DNA of 64,000 bases from the human T2T-CHM13v2.0 reference genome, Homo sapiens. Of this stretch, positions 23,591 to 37,850 are shown piece by piece. A program made the position numbers and the translations under genes. How positions within the stretch are numbered: position 1 is the stretch's first letter; each line of letters opens with the position of its first letter. The stretch is taken from assembly GCF_009914755.1 (NCBI RefSeq), contig NC_060939.1; one strand, given 5' to 3'. A model generated the notes under the pieces. The model was not told the DNA's origin. It was given only the letters and a program-made list of their open reading frames with translations, and did not search any database.

Positions 23591-23880
23591 GGCCAGGGGA
23601 AATGGCTCATGCCTGTAATCCCAGCACTTTGGGAGGCCAAAGTTGGTGGATCATGAGGTCAAGAGCTCAAGATCAGCCTGGCCAACTTGGTGAAACCCCT
23701 ACTCTACTAAAAGTACAAAAAATTAGCCAGGCATGGTGGCAGGTGCCTGTAATCCCAGCTACTCAGGAGGCTGAGTCAAAGAATTGCTTGAACCCAGGTG
23801 GTGGAGGTTGCAGTGTGTCGAGGTCACATCACTGCACTCCAGTCTAGGTGACAGAGCAAGACGCCATCTAAAAAAAAAAA
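23591..23880 (+). mobile_element. AluS
   Basis: Full dimer with A-tail. Confidence 0.9.
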
Positions 23881-24200
23881 GAAGAAGACATTCCTCACAG
23901 ATATAGAAAAAAAATTCTGAAATTTATATGGAAACATCACACACCATAATAGCCAAACTATGCTGAGTATATAAAACAAAACTGGAGGAATTCCATTACC
24001 TGGTTTTAAATTATACTACTAAGTTATAGTAATTAAAACAGCATGACACTAGCATAAAAACAGACATAAAGAGAGATGGAACGAAATAGAGACCTTAGAA
24101 ACAAACTCATACTGCTAAATCAATTTTCAACAAAAGTGTCAAGAACATACAATAAAAAATAAGACAGTTTTTGTAATAAATAGGGCTGGGAAAACTGGCA

Positions 24201-24401
24201 TTCTGTATGAGGGACAAACATTCAGATCCTCACAGCAGTGTACTGGAATCCTATGTGAGGGACAAACATTCAGACCACAGCAGGAGTGTTCTGGAATCCC
24301 CTGTGAGGAACAAACATTCAGACCCTCGTAGCAGTGTTCTGGAATCCTATGTGACAAACATTTAGAACCCAGCAGCGTTCTGGAATCCTATGGGAGGGAC
24401 A
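24201..24401. repeat. CER (48-bp centromeric) satellite, ~4 units
   Basis: Repeats of 'gtgttctggaatcctatgtgagggacaaacattcagacc' with ~48-bp period. Confidence 0.85.
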
Positions 24402-24820
24402 GCTAAATTAATTTTCAACAAAAGTGCCAAGAACACACAATAAAAATGAGACAGTTTTTGTAATAAATAGGGCTGGGAAAACTGGCAAGCCATTGGCAGA
24501 AGAATAAAACTAGAACCCTATTTCTTGCCACTTACAAAAATCAAATTAAAATGAATTAAAGACTTAAACCTAATGCCTCAAACCATCAAACTTTTACAAG
24601 AAAGCATTGGGGAAACTCTTTAGGGCATTGGTTTGGGCAAAAATTCCTTAAATAATGCCGCAGAAGCACAGACAACCAAAACAAACATGGACAAATGGGA
24701 TTACAGAAAGTCAGAAAGCCTTTTTAAAGTGAAGGAAACAAGAAACAAAGTGAAGAGAAAATCCACACAATGGGAGAAAATATTTGTAAATTATCCATCT
24801 GAAAACAATTAATAGCTGCA

Positions 24821-25488
24821 TGATATGGTTAGGATTTGTGTCCCCACCTAAATCTCATATTGAATTGTAATCCCCAGATGTTGAGGGAGAGACTTGGTAG
24901 AAGGTGATTGGATCATGGGGGTGGTTTCCCCCATGCTGTTCTTCTGATAATGAGTGATTTCTCATGAGATCTGATGGTTTTATAAGGGACTCTTCCCCCT
25001 TTGCTTCACATACAGTCTCTCTCGCCTGCTGTCATGTAAGAGGTGCCTGCTTCCCCATCTGCCATTATTGTAAGTTTCCTGAGGCCTCCCCGGCCATGTG
25101 GAACTGTGAGTCAATTAAACCCATTTCCTTTATAAATTACCCAGTCTTGCCAGGTGCGGTGGCTCATGCCTGTAATCTCACCACTTTAGGAGGCTGAGGC
25201 GGGTGGATCACGAGGTCAGGAGTTCAAGACCAGCCTGGCCAAGATGGTGAAACCCCGTCTCTACTAAAAATACAAAAATTAGCCAGGCATGGTGGCAGGT
25301 GCCTGTAATCCCAGCTACTCAGGAGGCTGAGGCAGAGAATTGCTTGAATCAGGAGGGGAGGTTGCAGTGAGCCGAGATTGCACCACTGCACTTCAGCCTG
25401 GGCAACAGATCAAGACTTCATCTCAGTAAATAAATAGATAACACAGTCTCAGGTATTTTTAATAACAGTACAGAAAAAGACTAATACA
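24821..25488 (+). mobile_element. THE1 (C/D-like) solo LTR, interrupted by an Alu
   Basis: TGATATGG...CTAATACA. TSD CTGCA/CTACA. Confidence 0.85.
25148..25436 (+). mobile_element. AluSg-like
   Basis: Full dimer with 'ggatcacgaggtcaggagttc'. Degenerate TSD (ataaattacccagtct / atagataacacagtct). Confidence 0.88.
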
Positions 25489-26530
25489 CTACAATATATT
25501 GAGTTCAAAAAATTCTATAGAAAAAAGTAATAAACCAAATAAAGAGTGGACAAAAAATTTAAATAGACATTTATGAAAAGAAGACATATAAATGTGAAAC
25601 AGGCAAATGAAAAGGTGCTCCACATTACTGATCATCATAGAAATGCAAATCAAACCCAAAATGAGATATCATTTCACCCCAATTAAGGTGGCTTTTATCC
25701 AGAAGACAGTGAAAAAAAAATGCTGGTGGGTATGTGGAGTGAAGGGAACCCTTGTACACTGCTGTTGGGAGCACATTTAAGGACAGTTTGGATGTTCCTG
25801 ATATAACTAAAAATAGAGCTACTATATGTTCCAGCAATCCCACTGCTCAGTATATGCCTACAAGAAATAAAATTGGTTAATCAAAGACCTATTGGCACTC
25901 TCATGTTTGCTACAGCAGGGTTTATAATAGCCAAGATTTGGAAGGAACCTAAATGTCCATCAACAGATGACTGGATAGAGAAAATATGGTACATATACAC
26001 AATGGAGTACTATTCAGCTGTAAGAAAGAATGAGAGCCTGCCATTTGCAATAACATAAATGGAAATGAAAGTCTTTTATGTTAAGTGAAATGTCAGGCAC
26101 AGAAAGACAAATGTCACATGTTCTCACTTATTTGTGGGTGCTAAAATTCAAAACAATTGGTGTCATAGAAAAAGAGAGTATAAGGATGGTTACCAGAGGC
26201 TGGGAAGGGCAGGGAGGAAACAAGAGAATAGTGGGGATGCTAAATGGGTAAAAAAAAATTGTTAGAAAGAATGAATAAGACAGCATTTGATAGCACAACA
26301 GGGTGATTATAGTCAAAAATAATTCCACATGTAAAAAAACTAAAAGAGTATAATTGGATTGTTTATAACACAAGCTATAAATGCTTGTGGGGAGAGATAC
26401 TCCGTTTTTTATTATGTATTACTCATTGCATGACTACATCAAAGTATGTCATGTACCCCCATAAATATATACACCAACTATGCACCCACAAAAATAAATT
26501 AAAAATTGAAATTGAAATTAAAATTAAAAC

Positions 26531-26668
26531 CAAAGGGAGGAGAGTATAATGAGGCATGTGTGACCCATGGCTTGAACTAGCTTTTCAGGTTAACTTTGGA
26601 ATGTCCTTATCCAAGAAGAGAGGTCCATTTAGTCAACAGGGGTTTAGAAATTTATTTTTAGTTTATAT
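26531..26668 (-). mobile_element. MER4-family ERV1 LTR, 5' fragment
   Basis: Reverse complement resembles the MER4 start (t(g)taaac..aaaataaa...cattccaaagttaacctgaaaa.ctagttca). Confidence 0.65.
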
Positions 26669-26990
26669 ATGGAAAAAAGAAGGATTTTCAATCCTGAGCC
26701 ATATTTCTCAGTCAATCAATCCCTGCAGGGAACCCTGTTCTTTACTCTGGAGATAAACACTAGTTTTCTTTTCTATGGAATAACACCACATTTCAAAATG
26801 AGGGGAAACATCTTGCAATTAAGTGGTACAGCCTTATTAAATTTGATTTGGTTTCCATTGTAATTAATTTAATCACATGTGTTCTAGAGTTTGTCCTCAG
26901 TCTTCCCCTAGTTTAGGCCCATGATCTGTTGAATTTGCTCAGCTCCCTGCTCAACAGCAGGAAATCAGAATCATTTAAAATCATCATTGT

Positions 26991-27277
26991 GGCTGGGAGT
27001 GATGGCTCATGTCTGTAATCCCAGCAATTTGGGAGGCCAAGGTGGGCAGATCACTTGTTGTCAGGGGTTTGAGACCAGCCTGGCCGACAGAGTGAAACCC
27101 CATCTCTACTAAAGATACAAATATTAGCTGGGTGTGGTGATTCACGCCTGTAATCCCGGCTACTTGGGAGACTGAGGCAGGAGAATTGCTTGAACCCGGG
27201 AGGGGCAGGTTTCAGTGAGCCAAGATGGTGCACTGCACTCCAGCCTGGGCAACAGAACAAGACTCTGTCTCAAAATA

Positions 27278-27327
<50 letters not shown>

Positions 27328-27330
27328 GTA
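26991..27330 (+). mobile_element. AluS with (TAA)n microsatellite tail
   Basis: Full dimer. (AAT)n at ~27276-27322. Confidence 0.9.
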
Positions 27331-27796
27331 AAAATAAAAATCTCATTGTGTTTCAAACAAAATTTCTTTTGAATATCAACTGTATCAACTTGCATATTAA
27401 CTATAATCATTTTGTTTACTTTATATCCAATCTTGAGAAATCTTTGAGGACTAATTTCACTCTTTTCTGCCATTTTGGTAAACATACCAAATGCCATCAA
27501 ACAAAATGCACAAAATTCCCTAGAAATACATTTTCTCCTTGAGGAGTAGACTTGCTGTGTTAGAGGAACTCATGGTTACCTAGCTTCTAGTTTAATAAAC
27601 ATGACTAGAATATTCTATCTTAATATGAGTAGCTAGGTACTCACAAGGCATCTAGAAGGTTAATGTTCATGGTCTGAAAATAGTCACATTTTTTACCTGG
27701 CCACAAATTACAATTGCAGAATATTTGTGGTCATACAAGACATCTTCCACAAAGCCTGAAAAAATGTATAAATGTCCTAGGAGTGCAGAATTTTTT

Positions 27797-28122
27797 TGTA
27801 AGGATATTATTAATGAACTAGCTTAGGTCAATGGGTTAATGGTTATTGTTAAAACCAATAGCCCCGACTTTAGTGACTACATCTGCACCTTCCAAGTTTA
27901 ATTATAACACTTTCTCTTTATAGTTACTTATAAGTAGACACACTAACAAAAGACAATGCATTCCTGCTCTTGTTTTCTGAGGATGTCCAACTCTGTAATG
28001 GAGTAATTTCTAATAAACTTGCTTCTTTCACTGTGCTCTCTGACTCCCCTCAAATTTTTGCCTGCAGAAAATCTAAGAATCCTACTTTGTGGTCTGTATC
28101 AGGACCCTCTTTTCCAGCAACA
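27797..28122 (+). mobile_element. ERV1 5' LTR (MER4/LTR8-group-like), start uncertain
   Basis: AATAAACTTGCTT at 28012, U5 'ggtctgtatcaggaccctcttttccagcaaca', followed by a degenerate PBS and proviral internal sequence. Confidence 0.6.
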
Positions 28123-29477
28123 TCTTTCAGCAACACCATGAATGGACACCAAGACAAGACCCCCACTCCAAGGAAAACAATCCACACAGAATCAATCAGC
28201 TGACACCTGGCAAGTGGGCTGTCTTTTAGATTCGTGAAGCCATTCTGGTGGGCAAGAATGATTATCCACTATTATCATACTCAGATTAGAGGCCAAGCCC
28301 ACAGAGTTAGAGGCCCTGGGGAATATTGAGAAGAATGGATTTGGCTAAACAGATGTTTGCCACTTTCTCTTTTTGGACTGTCCATCTTGTGCTCTCTGTC
28401 CCTCACCTGAGTGCTCTACATCTTGTCACCTTTCTGCTCACCGCCTCTGTTTTGTAGTAGCCTGGAGGCTGCCCCAGGACAGAGGCCCCAAGCAGTTTAG
28501 CTTTTACTTTCCTCAGCGATCCTCTGACTCTTAACTGAATGCCTGTTTAATTTGCCACTGGTCCAAGTGACACTGAAAAAAAGAATTGTCTTGGAACCTA
28601 GTATTTTTGTACCTTAATTATTCGAAAAGATCAGCAGTAACCTCGCCATCATTATGACTAGAAGTGGAAATGTGGTATTTAAGAGCTCTACATGATAAGA
28701 TCAGACATGCCTGTTTAGTGACAGCCTCTTTTATGACAACCCTCTGCAAACAATTACCCTCAAGATTGAGAACATGAGACTTTTTCTTAACAGTTTTCTC
28801 TCATTTCTTTGCCATAACGCCATCTTTGATAAGCTGGTATAGGGCAGCTGGACTCTACTTTCTAAACCCAGCATGTCACTTTTTTCCTGAGAGAGTTTTG
28901 TCAGTTTTGTCATAGCAGTGTGAAAATGGACTAATACATTACAATATACAAGTTACATCCTTCCCATTTCCCCTGTTTGATCTGACTCCTATTTTGCAGC
29001 TTAATTTGTTTTATAGAAGAGAAACTAAGAGGGAGGAAATACATTATATACAGGCTTCTCTGATGCTTGGTCAGGATAAAAAATTAAAATGGACTTCTAT
29101 ATGTTTGATGGAGGAAAAGACAAAATAGGGTCGGCACGTAATTGATTACCATTTTAATGCAAGTGCCTCTTAATGTTAGGCTTTTCTTAGCTGGGTCTGA
29201 AATCCACCTACCAGTCCAAGCGCCCCATAAGAACACAGACTCCTTCCAGTTCTAGTGAGGTGTGCAAAATGTTATTAATTTCTTCTAGTTTTCCAGGGTT
29301 ATCTAGTGACCGGTCATCATCTTCTCCTTGCCCTTCGAGTCCTGTCTTACGTACATACCCCACTCTCAAAACACCCGAGCTTCACCAGAACAACATGCAG
29401 TGGGGCCTCTTATCAGCTGGCAAAGTTGAATGTTTGCCCTCTCTGGGAAGTGACAGATGATAATAGGAACACCATAT

Positions 29478-30440
29478 TGAAGGCGTGGCCTGTCCCTCCA
29501 CACCTGTGGCGTTTCTCATCAGGTGGAACGAGAGACTTGTGAAAAGAGACGCAGAGACAAAGTAAAGAGAAAAAGTGGGCCCTGGGGACCAGCGCTCAGC
29601 ATAGGGAGGACCAGCGCCGGCACCACTCTCTGAGTTTCCTTAGTATTTATTGATGATTATCGGGCATTTCTCAGAGAGGGGGATGTGGCAGGACAATAGG
29701 GTAACAGTGGAGAGAGGGTCAGCAGGAAAACATGTGAGCAAATGTCTCTGCATCATAAACAAGGTAAAGAAAAAAGTGCTGTGCTTTCGATGTGCATATA
29801 CATAAACACCTCAATGCCTTAAAGAGCAGTATTGCCTCCAGCATGTCTCACCTCCAGCCCTATGGCAGTTTTCTCCTATCTCAGTAGGTGGAATATACAA
29901 TCGGGTTTTACAATGAGACATTCCATTGCCCAGGGACGAGCAGGAGACAGATGGCTTTGTCTTATCTCAACTGCAAAGAGGCCTTCCTCTTTTACTAATC
30001 CTCCTCAGCACAGACCGTTTACAGGTGTCGTACTGGTGGATGGTCAGGTCCGTCCCCTCCAATGAGGCCATATTTCAGACTATCACATGGGGAGATACCT
30101 TGGACAATACTTGACTTTCCTAGGCAGAGGTCCCTGTGGCCTTCAGCAGTGTTTTGTGTCGCTGGGTCCTTGAGAGTAGGGAGTGGTGATGACTTTTAAC
30201 AAGCATGATGCCTTCAAGCATTTGTTTAACAAAGCACATCCTGCATATCCCTAAATCCATTAAACCTTGAGTCGACACAGCACATGTTTCTGTGAGCACA
30301 GGGTTGGGGCTAGGGTTACAGATTAACAGCATCTCAAGGCAGAAGAATTTTTCTTAGTACAGAACAAAATGGAGTCTCTTATGTCTACTTCTTTCTACAT
30401 AGACACAGTAGAAGTCTGATCTCTCTTTCTTTTCCCCACA
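29478..30440 (-). mobile_element. HERV-K(HML-2) solo LTR5 (LTR5A/B-type)
   Basis: Minus strand starts TGTGGGGAAAAGAAAGAGAGATCAGA and ends ...GGCCACGCCTTCA, 963 bp. 6-bp TSD CCATAT/CTATAT. Confidence 0.92.
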
Positions 30441-33174
30441 CTATATAGGTATGTGTACACTTTTTTACAACTGAATTAGCCATATGCAAGGAAAAACTTA
30501 AAAAGTTTTCAGAGGTTCTGGTAAAATTCATAGACAAATTTAAAAGGCTAACCTTGACGTATGATCTGACCAGGCAGGATTTGCATATATTTATGTTTAC
30601 CTGCTGCATGGTAGAAAAGCAGTGTATGATGGGATTGGCTAGAGCACATGCTAATAGGGTGGCAGCCTGCAACCAGGGGCATGAGACCTATCAAGTAGGA
30701 GGCACAGCAGTGCCTGACTAGGACCCAAAAGAGGACTAGAATCTAGAAAAGACAAATAAATCAGGAAGAAAATGGGATATAGAGAGAAAAAATTATGATC
30801 GTTTGACTCCGTGAAGGAATAAAAAAAAAAGTGTGATACAGCTTTTTAATTTTTATAAAGTCTGGAAAATTACTCAGGGAAAAGATGAAAACCTAGCCTT
30901 ATTACAAGGGTGGATAATTTAGACCTTGAGGAAATACACTAACATTGACCCTGACTCCAAAAAGGGACAGGCATTGCTAGGAGTTTAATTTATAGCACGG
31001 TCTCCTTCTGATATCTGCAGGAAGCTGCCAAAAGCAGCCTTAGGCTTCCAGACTCCCATGGATAGGATTTTAGACTTGGATTTTGCAGTTTTCCATCACA
31101 GGAATTGGGCAGAGAAAACGTAAAATAAAGCAAATCTCCCAAGAGGCCCAGCTTCTAGCTGCAGCCTTGTGCTCTCCACCACTTCAGAGGCAGCCCCTTA
31201 ACCCCTGGCCCTCACAGAGGAAGTGAGAAGGTGAAAGTCCCAGTCTGTGCCTCTGGGCCACTGTGCCTTTGATACAAATCAATTTGCCTTCTGTAGGAAG
31301 GTCGGCCACTGCCGAAGGAAATGCACTGTGCTTCCAAGGGAGCCATCATCAGAGCCCAGCAGACTCAAAAGTGGCAGGGCCTGATACTTCCTACCTCCAC
31401 CTCCATTGGACTATTAGCTATCGAGAGATGGAAGAGCCTCAGGTGACTCTTGAAGTAGCAGGTAGGGGTATTAACTTCATATTGGGTGTGGGAGCAGATG
31501 ACTCTGTCCTGATTCAATACAATGAGCTCCAGTCTTCAAATGATGGACTAGCCCCAAAACACTCCTTTTTGTATCTTCTAAGTTGTCCTCCAGAGCCTCT
31601 AGGTTTCTCGCCTGCCTTTTTAGTACTGTCTGATTGCCTGACCTCTTACTGGGTAGAGGTTTATTGACTCAAGAGACCGAGTCATGGTCACCTTCACAGA
31701 TTATAAACCATAGAAAGTGTTACTTTTGTTCCTGACCCCTCAGAGGAAAAATGAAGTTAAGAATCAGCTGTCACATTTACCACCTGAGGTGTTGTCTCAA
31801 GTAAATCTTGAGGTTTGGGCCACACAGGCTCTGGGAAACGCACTAAACACCTCCCTCATTCGAATCCAACTTCAGCCTAGTGCTCCTCAACCTCAGAAGA
31901 GACAATACATTTTAAGGCAAGAAGCATGAGGGGAAATTCAACCCCTTATTGCCTAATTCTTGCCATATGAGTTATTAAGGCCATGAGAGTCTCGTTACAA
32001 TAATCGTATGTTACCAGATAAAAAGCCTAATGGCAAATACAGATTTGTCAGAACGCTTAGAGCATTAAGAAATGCAGTTGTCTCCATAGACCTCATTGTC
32101 CCCAATACTTACCAAGTCCCAGGGGATGCAAGCTGGTTTACATTCTTATATCTGAAAGATGCACTTTTCTGGATCTCAATGCATCCAGATTCATAATATA
32201 TTTGCCTTTGAATGGACTGATCCAGATATGCATTCTGCCTCAAAACTAACCTGGACAGTTATCTCTGAAGGGTTCTGGGATAGCCCCCACTTATTTGAAA
32301 ATGCCCTAGCTAAGGACTTAACAAATCTACAATTGGAAAGGGACACAATTATTCAGTATGTAGGTGACTTGCTCATTGCTAGCCCAACTAAAGAAGACTC
32401 ATAATAATACTGTTAACTTGGTAACAGATATAGGGCATCACCACACAGGGCTCAGATTTTGACTGAAAGACTTAAATATTTGGAATCTATCTTAACCTCT
32501 GGAACTGATCAACATCCCTAGAAGATAAAAAAGTTATTTTAGTCACCCAAGGGTCCCTGTCCAAAAATTGACTGTGGGCTTTTTTAGGAGATGGCTGGGT
32601 ACTGCTGCTTATGGGTGCCCAGGTTTGGGCATGTAGCCAAGCCTTTATATGATACTCTAAAGGGAAAGATTTAGAGCTCCTAGAATGTAATGAGAACTGC
32701 AAGCAAACCTTCAATACTCTCAAGGAGAAATTGGGCTCTGCTGCAGCCGTGGGAGTCCCCAAGTTGGATAAACAATTTTTCTTTATGTGACCAAAAAGCA
32801 AGGCATAGGCCTTGGGTAATCTTGTCCCAAAACTGGGGTGCATTCCAAGGCCAGTAGCCTAATTTTCTAAGCAGATAGACCAGGTGGCCTCAGGGTGGCC
32901 TTGATGTCTTAGCGCTATTGCTGCTACCACTTTTCTAGCAGGCAAAGCTAATAAACTAACATTAGAACAGCACCTACAGGTTTTTGACCCCACACCAAGG
33001 GAAGGTGGTCCTAGAAGCTAAAGTGAAGCAGTGGATAATACGAGAACATTTATGAAAGTATCAGACCTTATTGCTAGACCCTCCAGACATAACCCCTAAA
33101 GCCTGCCAAACCATAAACCCAGCTACTTATCTGCCAGAGTCCACAGGTGCTTCTAGCCTTTCTGGCATACAGGT

Positions 33175-33830
<656 letters not shown>

Positions 33831-35434
33831 CAGGTTATGAAACAAATTTATTCTAGCAGACCAGACTTAAGAAGGATGAGACCCTTGACCATCCCAAGGA
33901 AGAGTGGTTAACAGATGTAAGTTGTTTTATGCATCAGGAAAACAGGAGGGCTAGATATGCTATTAGTAGTCAGCACAAGAGAATCAAGGCACAAGTCTTG
34001 CTGGCCTCGACCTCAGCTCAAAATGCTGAGTTAATTGAACTTACTCAGCCCCTCCAGTTGGCAAAGGATTTAAAAGTTAACATTTACACTGATTCCAAGT
34101 ATGACTTTTTAGTGCTTCATGCTTATGCTGCAATTTGGAATGGGTAGGGACTCCTGATCCCCAAGGACTTTTCCATACAACATCATTGAGATTTTGAGCT
34201 TGTTAGAATGCTGCTTTGCTGCCAAAAAGTGACTAAAATTAATTGCAGAGGACATCAAAAGAGAGACTGACCATATAAAAGGAAATGCCCTTGTAGATGC
34301 CACAGCCAAGGCCCCTGCACTGAAAGGGCCAATGAAGCTTATGGGTGTGCTGGTCAGCATACATAGAACTGGGCCAGAACACTCTAAAGAAGAACAAAAA
34401 TGGGCCATGGATTGCATTTCAGTCCAGGGCCCCTCTGGCTGCTGAATGATGGTAATAAATTACTAATGCCAAGTACCAATCATAGGAATATAATTCAGCA
34501 CTTTCATGATTCTTTTCACCCTAGAAGTGATTCTTGGTTTCTGTTAATTTCTCATTTGTTTATAGGGGTAAATCTTTTCAAAACACCAAAACAGGTGACT
34601 CAGCCCTGTGAGCTCTGTGTCTGACATGACCCAAATGGCCAGCAATTTTCTCCTTCTCCAGGTAAACCTGTCCAAAATTGAGGAACTTATCCAGGTGAGA
34701 ACTGGCAACTCTAATTTATGCAGATATCTTTCTGCAGGAGATTCAAATATTTGCTAATGCTTACTGATACCCTCACTGGTTAGATCGAGGCATTCCCCAC
34801 CCCATCTGAAAAATGCTTACCAGAAGAAATAACTCCTTAGTTTGGGTAATCTAAAAGCCTGCAAAGTGGCAATGGCCCGTCTTTCACAGCAGGTGTATCC
34901 CAACACCTATCCTCAGATTTAAGAATCCAATATTACCTTCACTCTGTGTGCAGACCGCAGTCCTCTGGAAAGGTGAAAGGGCTAATCCTACTCTAAAGAA
35001 GACTCCAGCTAAATCAGACGCCTGACTATCTCTAACACCTATAGCTTACTGCGGGTTTGAACTGCTCCAAAGTAAAACTTATAATTAAATCCTGTTGAGT
35101 TAACATTCGGAAGACCTTTCCTAAGCACAGATCTCCTAAAAGATGAAAAGACTCATCAATTACAACAATATGTCATCAATCTAGGACAGGTGCAAAGGCA
35201 CTCTGTGAATATGGAAACAAGAGTCTTCCCCTCCCACATGGGAGGAAAATTCAGTTTCAGCTCAGCTAGGGATTTAGTCTTACTAAAGTTGTGGGAGGAA
35301 GTTCTCCAGCTGACCAGCTTTCCCCAACATGGAAAGGACCACAGCAAGGACACTTGAGCTCCCCAACAGACGTTCAGCGCCAAGGTAGTCACAGGTGGGT
35401 ACACCTGTGTGGAAGTAAAGCTGTTGCTTATTCT

Positions 35435-35624
35435 GGGAGCAGAATCCGAGGCTGAGGCAGGTGGGCGCCGGGCTATTTCAGCGTTGGTGGAGGGCGGGCT
35501 GGGTAGCTGTGTGTCTGCTGCTCCTTCTCGCGTTTCTCCTGCCTCTGTAATCCCACCTTAGCCATGAGGGAAATCGTGCTCACTCAGGCCAGGCAGTACG
35601 GGAACCAGATCGGCGCCAAGGTTG
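35435..35624 (+). pseudogene. TUBB8P: Orphan TUBB8-family beta-tubulin fragment: proximal promoter/5'UTR, exon 1 (ATG 35564-35620) and start of intron 1
   Basis: MREIVLTQARQYGNQIGAK versus TUBB8 MREIVLTQIGQCGNQIGAK. The conserved 57-nt coding exon 1 ends AAG|GT. 5'UTR 'taatcccacctt(a)gccATG'. No downstream tubulin exons in the window. Confidence 0.85.
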
Positions 35625-35738
35625 TATTTGACTCCATAAAAATTAAAATTTTGTATGAGAGAAAAATGCCTCAAAGTCAAAAGTCAACAGACTGGGGAAA
35701 TAGATCTGCAACATACATGACAGACAAAAAGCTAATTT

Positions 35739-35741
<3 letters not shown>

Positions 35742-35792
<51 letters not shown>

Positions 35793-35870
35793 CACATATA
35801 TATATATATACACATATAAATATATATACATATAAATGTATATACATATAAATATAGATAGATATATGTA
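35742..35870. repeat. (TA)n / (TACA) microsatellite
   Basis: Seen directly. Confidence 0.95.
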
Positions 35871-37850
35871 AATATCCATTTTTAACACCATTTAAAAAAA
35901 TATCGTCCTTTCCCCATTGAACACTGTTGATGCTCTTGTTAAAAATCATGACCATATTTTTTGGTTCTTTATTTCTATTGCATTGGTCTTTGTGCCTGTC
36001 TCTATGCTGGTACAGCATTGTTTTGCGTACTGAAGTTTGAAACCAGGAGGTGTTAGTCCTCTGACTTTGTCAGTTTTTAAGATTGATTTGGCTGCTTGGG
36101 GTTTTTTGAGATTTCATCTGAATTTTAGAACAGGTTTTTCTATTTTTGCAAATATTGGAATTTTTACAGTGATTTTATTGAATCCGTAGATGACTATAGA
36201 TAACAATGGCACCTTGACAAGATTTTATCTTCCAGTCCATAAACACATGATGTCTTTTCATTTATTTGTGTCATCTTTAATACTTTCATGCCACGTTTAT
36301 AGTTTTTGCTGTACAGGTTTTTCATTTCCTTGGTTAAGTGGGTTTCTAAGCATTTTATTCTTTTGATGCTATCATACATGATACAGTTGTCTTGATTTCT
36401 TCTTCAGATAGTTTATTATTATTGCAGAAATACAACTGATTTTTGTTTATTATTTTGTATCCTGCAGCTTTGCTAAATTTTATTTATTGCATCCCACAGT
36501 TTATTTCACAGAAATTAAAAGATTTTTAATATATGAGGTTAGGTCGTCTACAAACAGATAATTTTACTTTTAAAAATATTGGAATATCTTTAATTATTTT
36601 ACTCACCTTATTGTTTTAACTAACCAGAACCTTCAGTACTATATTAAATAGAAGTAGTAAAAGCAGGCATCCTTATTTTTGCTCTTAGGGTAAAAGCTTT
36701 CAGTCTTTCACCATGTTAGCTGTGTTTTTTTGTTTTGTTTTGTTTTTTGTATAGCATTATGTTGAGGTGTTTTCTTTCTTTTTATAGTTTATTAACTATA
36801 TTTTATCATGAATGTGGGTTAAATTTTGACAAATGCTTTTTCTTCTTTGCTTAAGATGATTACATGTGGTTTTTTCCTTATGTTAATGTGATATTATGCT
36901 GATTTTCATGAGTTGGAACATACTTTTATTTCAGGAGTCAATTATACTCATTCATAGTTTATAATCCTTTTAATGTACTGCTAAGTTTGAGTTGCTGGTA
37001 TTTTGTTGAGGATTTTTGCATCAGCATTTATAAGGGATGTTTGTTTGTAGTTTTCTTATGGTGCCTTTGTCTGGCTTGGTGTCAGGGTAATACTGTACTC
37101 ATAGAATAAGTTAGAAAAAATTACCTTGTCTTCAATGTTTTGAAAAAGTTTGAGAAAAAGTGGTGTTAATTCTGCTTTAAACATTGGGTAGAATTCAACA
37201 GTGAAGCCATCTGGTCCAGGCTTTTCATTGTTGCTGGGTTTTCGATTACTGATGCAATCTTCCTGTTGAATCTCCTTGCTGAATAGGTTTATTCAACTTT
37301 TCTGATTCAGTCTTAGTAGGTTTTTTGTTTCTAGGAATTTGTTCATTTTATTTAGGCTCTTCAATTTTTTCGTGTATAATTCCTTATGGTACTCTCCTAC
37401 ATCCTTTTTTACTCCAAAAATTTGTTAGTAATGTACCCATTTTATTTTTGAGTTTAGTAATTTGAATATTACCTTTTTTCTTAGTCAATCTAGATAAAAT
37501 TTTGTCAGTTTTGATCTTTTTCAGAGAACAAACTAGGTTTTGTTGATTTTTGATATTGTTTTTCTATTCTCTATTACACTTATTTCCACTGCTATCTTTA
37601 TCATTTTTTTAATTTTGCTAGCTTTTAATTGTCCCTCTTTAATAGTCCCTCTTTTTCCCTCTGTTTTTAGTTCCTTAGGAGTAAAGTTGTTGATTTGGTA
37701 TCTTATTTTTTATAATCACTTATAGCTATAAATTTTACCCTTATGGTACTGTTTTTTATGTATCTCTTAACTTTTGGTATTTCATGTTTTTAATTTGTCT
37801 CTAGATATTTTCTATTTTCTCTTGTGATTTCTTCTTTTATCCATCCTTGA
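35871..37850 (-). mobile_element. Old L1M ORF2 fragment
   Basis: T-rich antisense L1 ORF2-like sequence; ORF 36194-36379 resembles ORF2 'IKYLGI.LTKEVKDLY'. Confidence 0.7.

Noticed and set aside
24201-24401. CRISPR-like array
   Set aside because: Tandem CER satellite without unique spacers, in primate DNA with no cas genes. The same applies to the VNTR at 47825-48035.
35564-35851. 95-aa ORF starting with the tubulin N-terminus as a real protein
   Set aside because: Only 19 codons are tubulin. The rest reads through the splice donor into L1 and (TA)n DNA.
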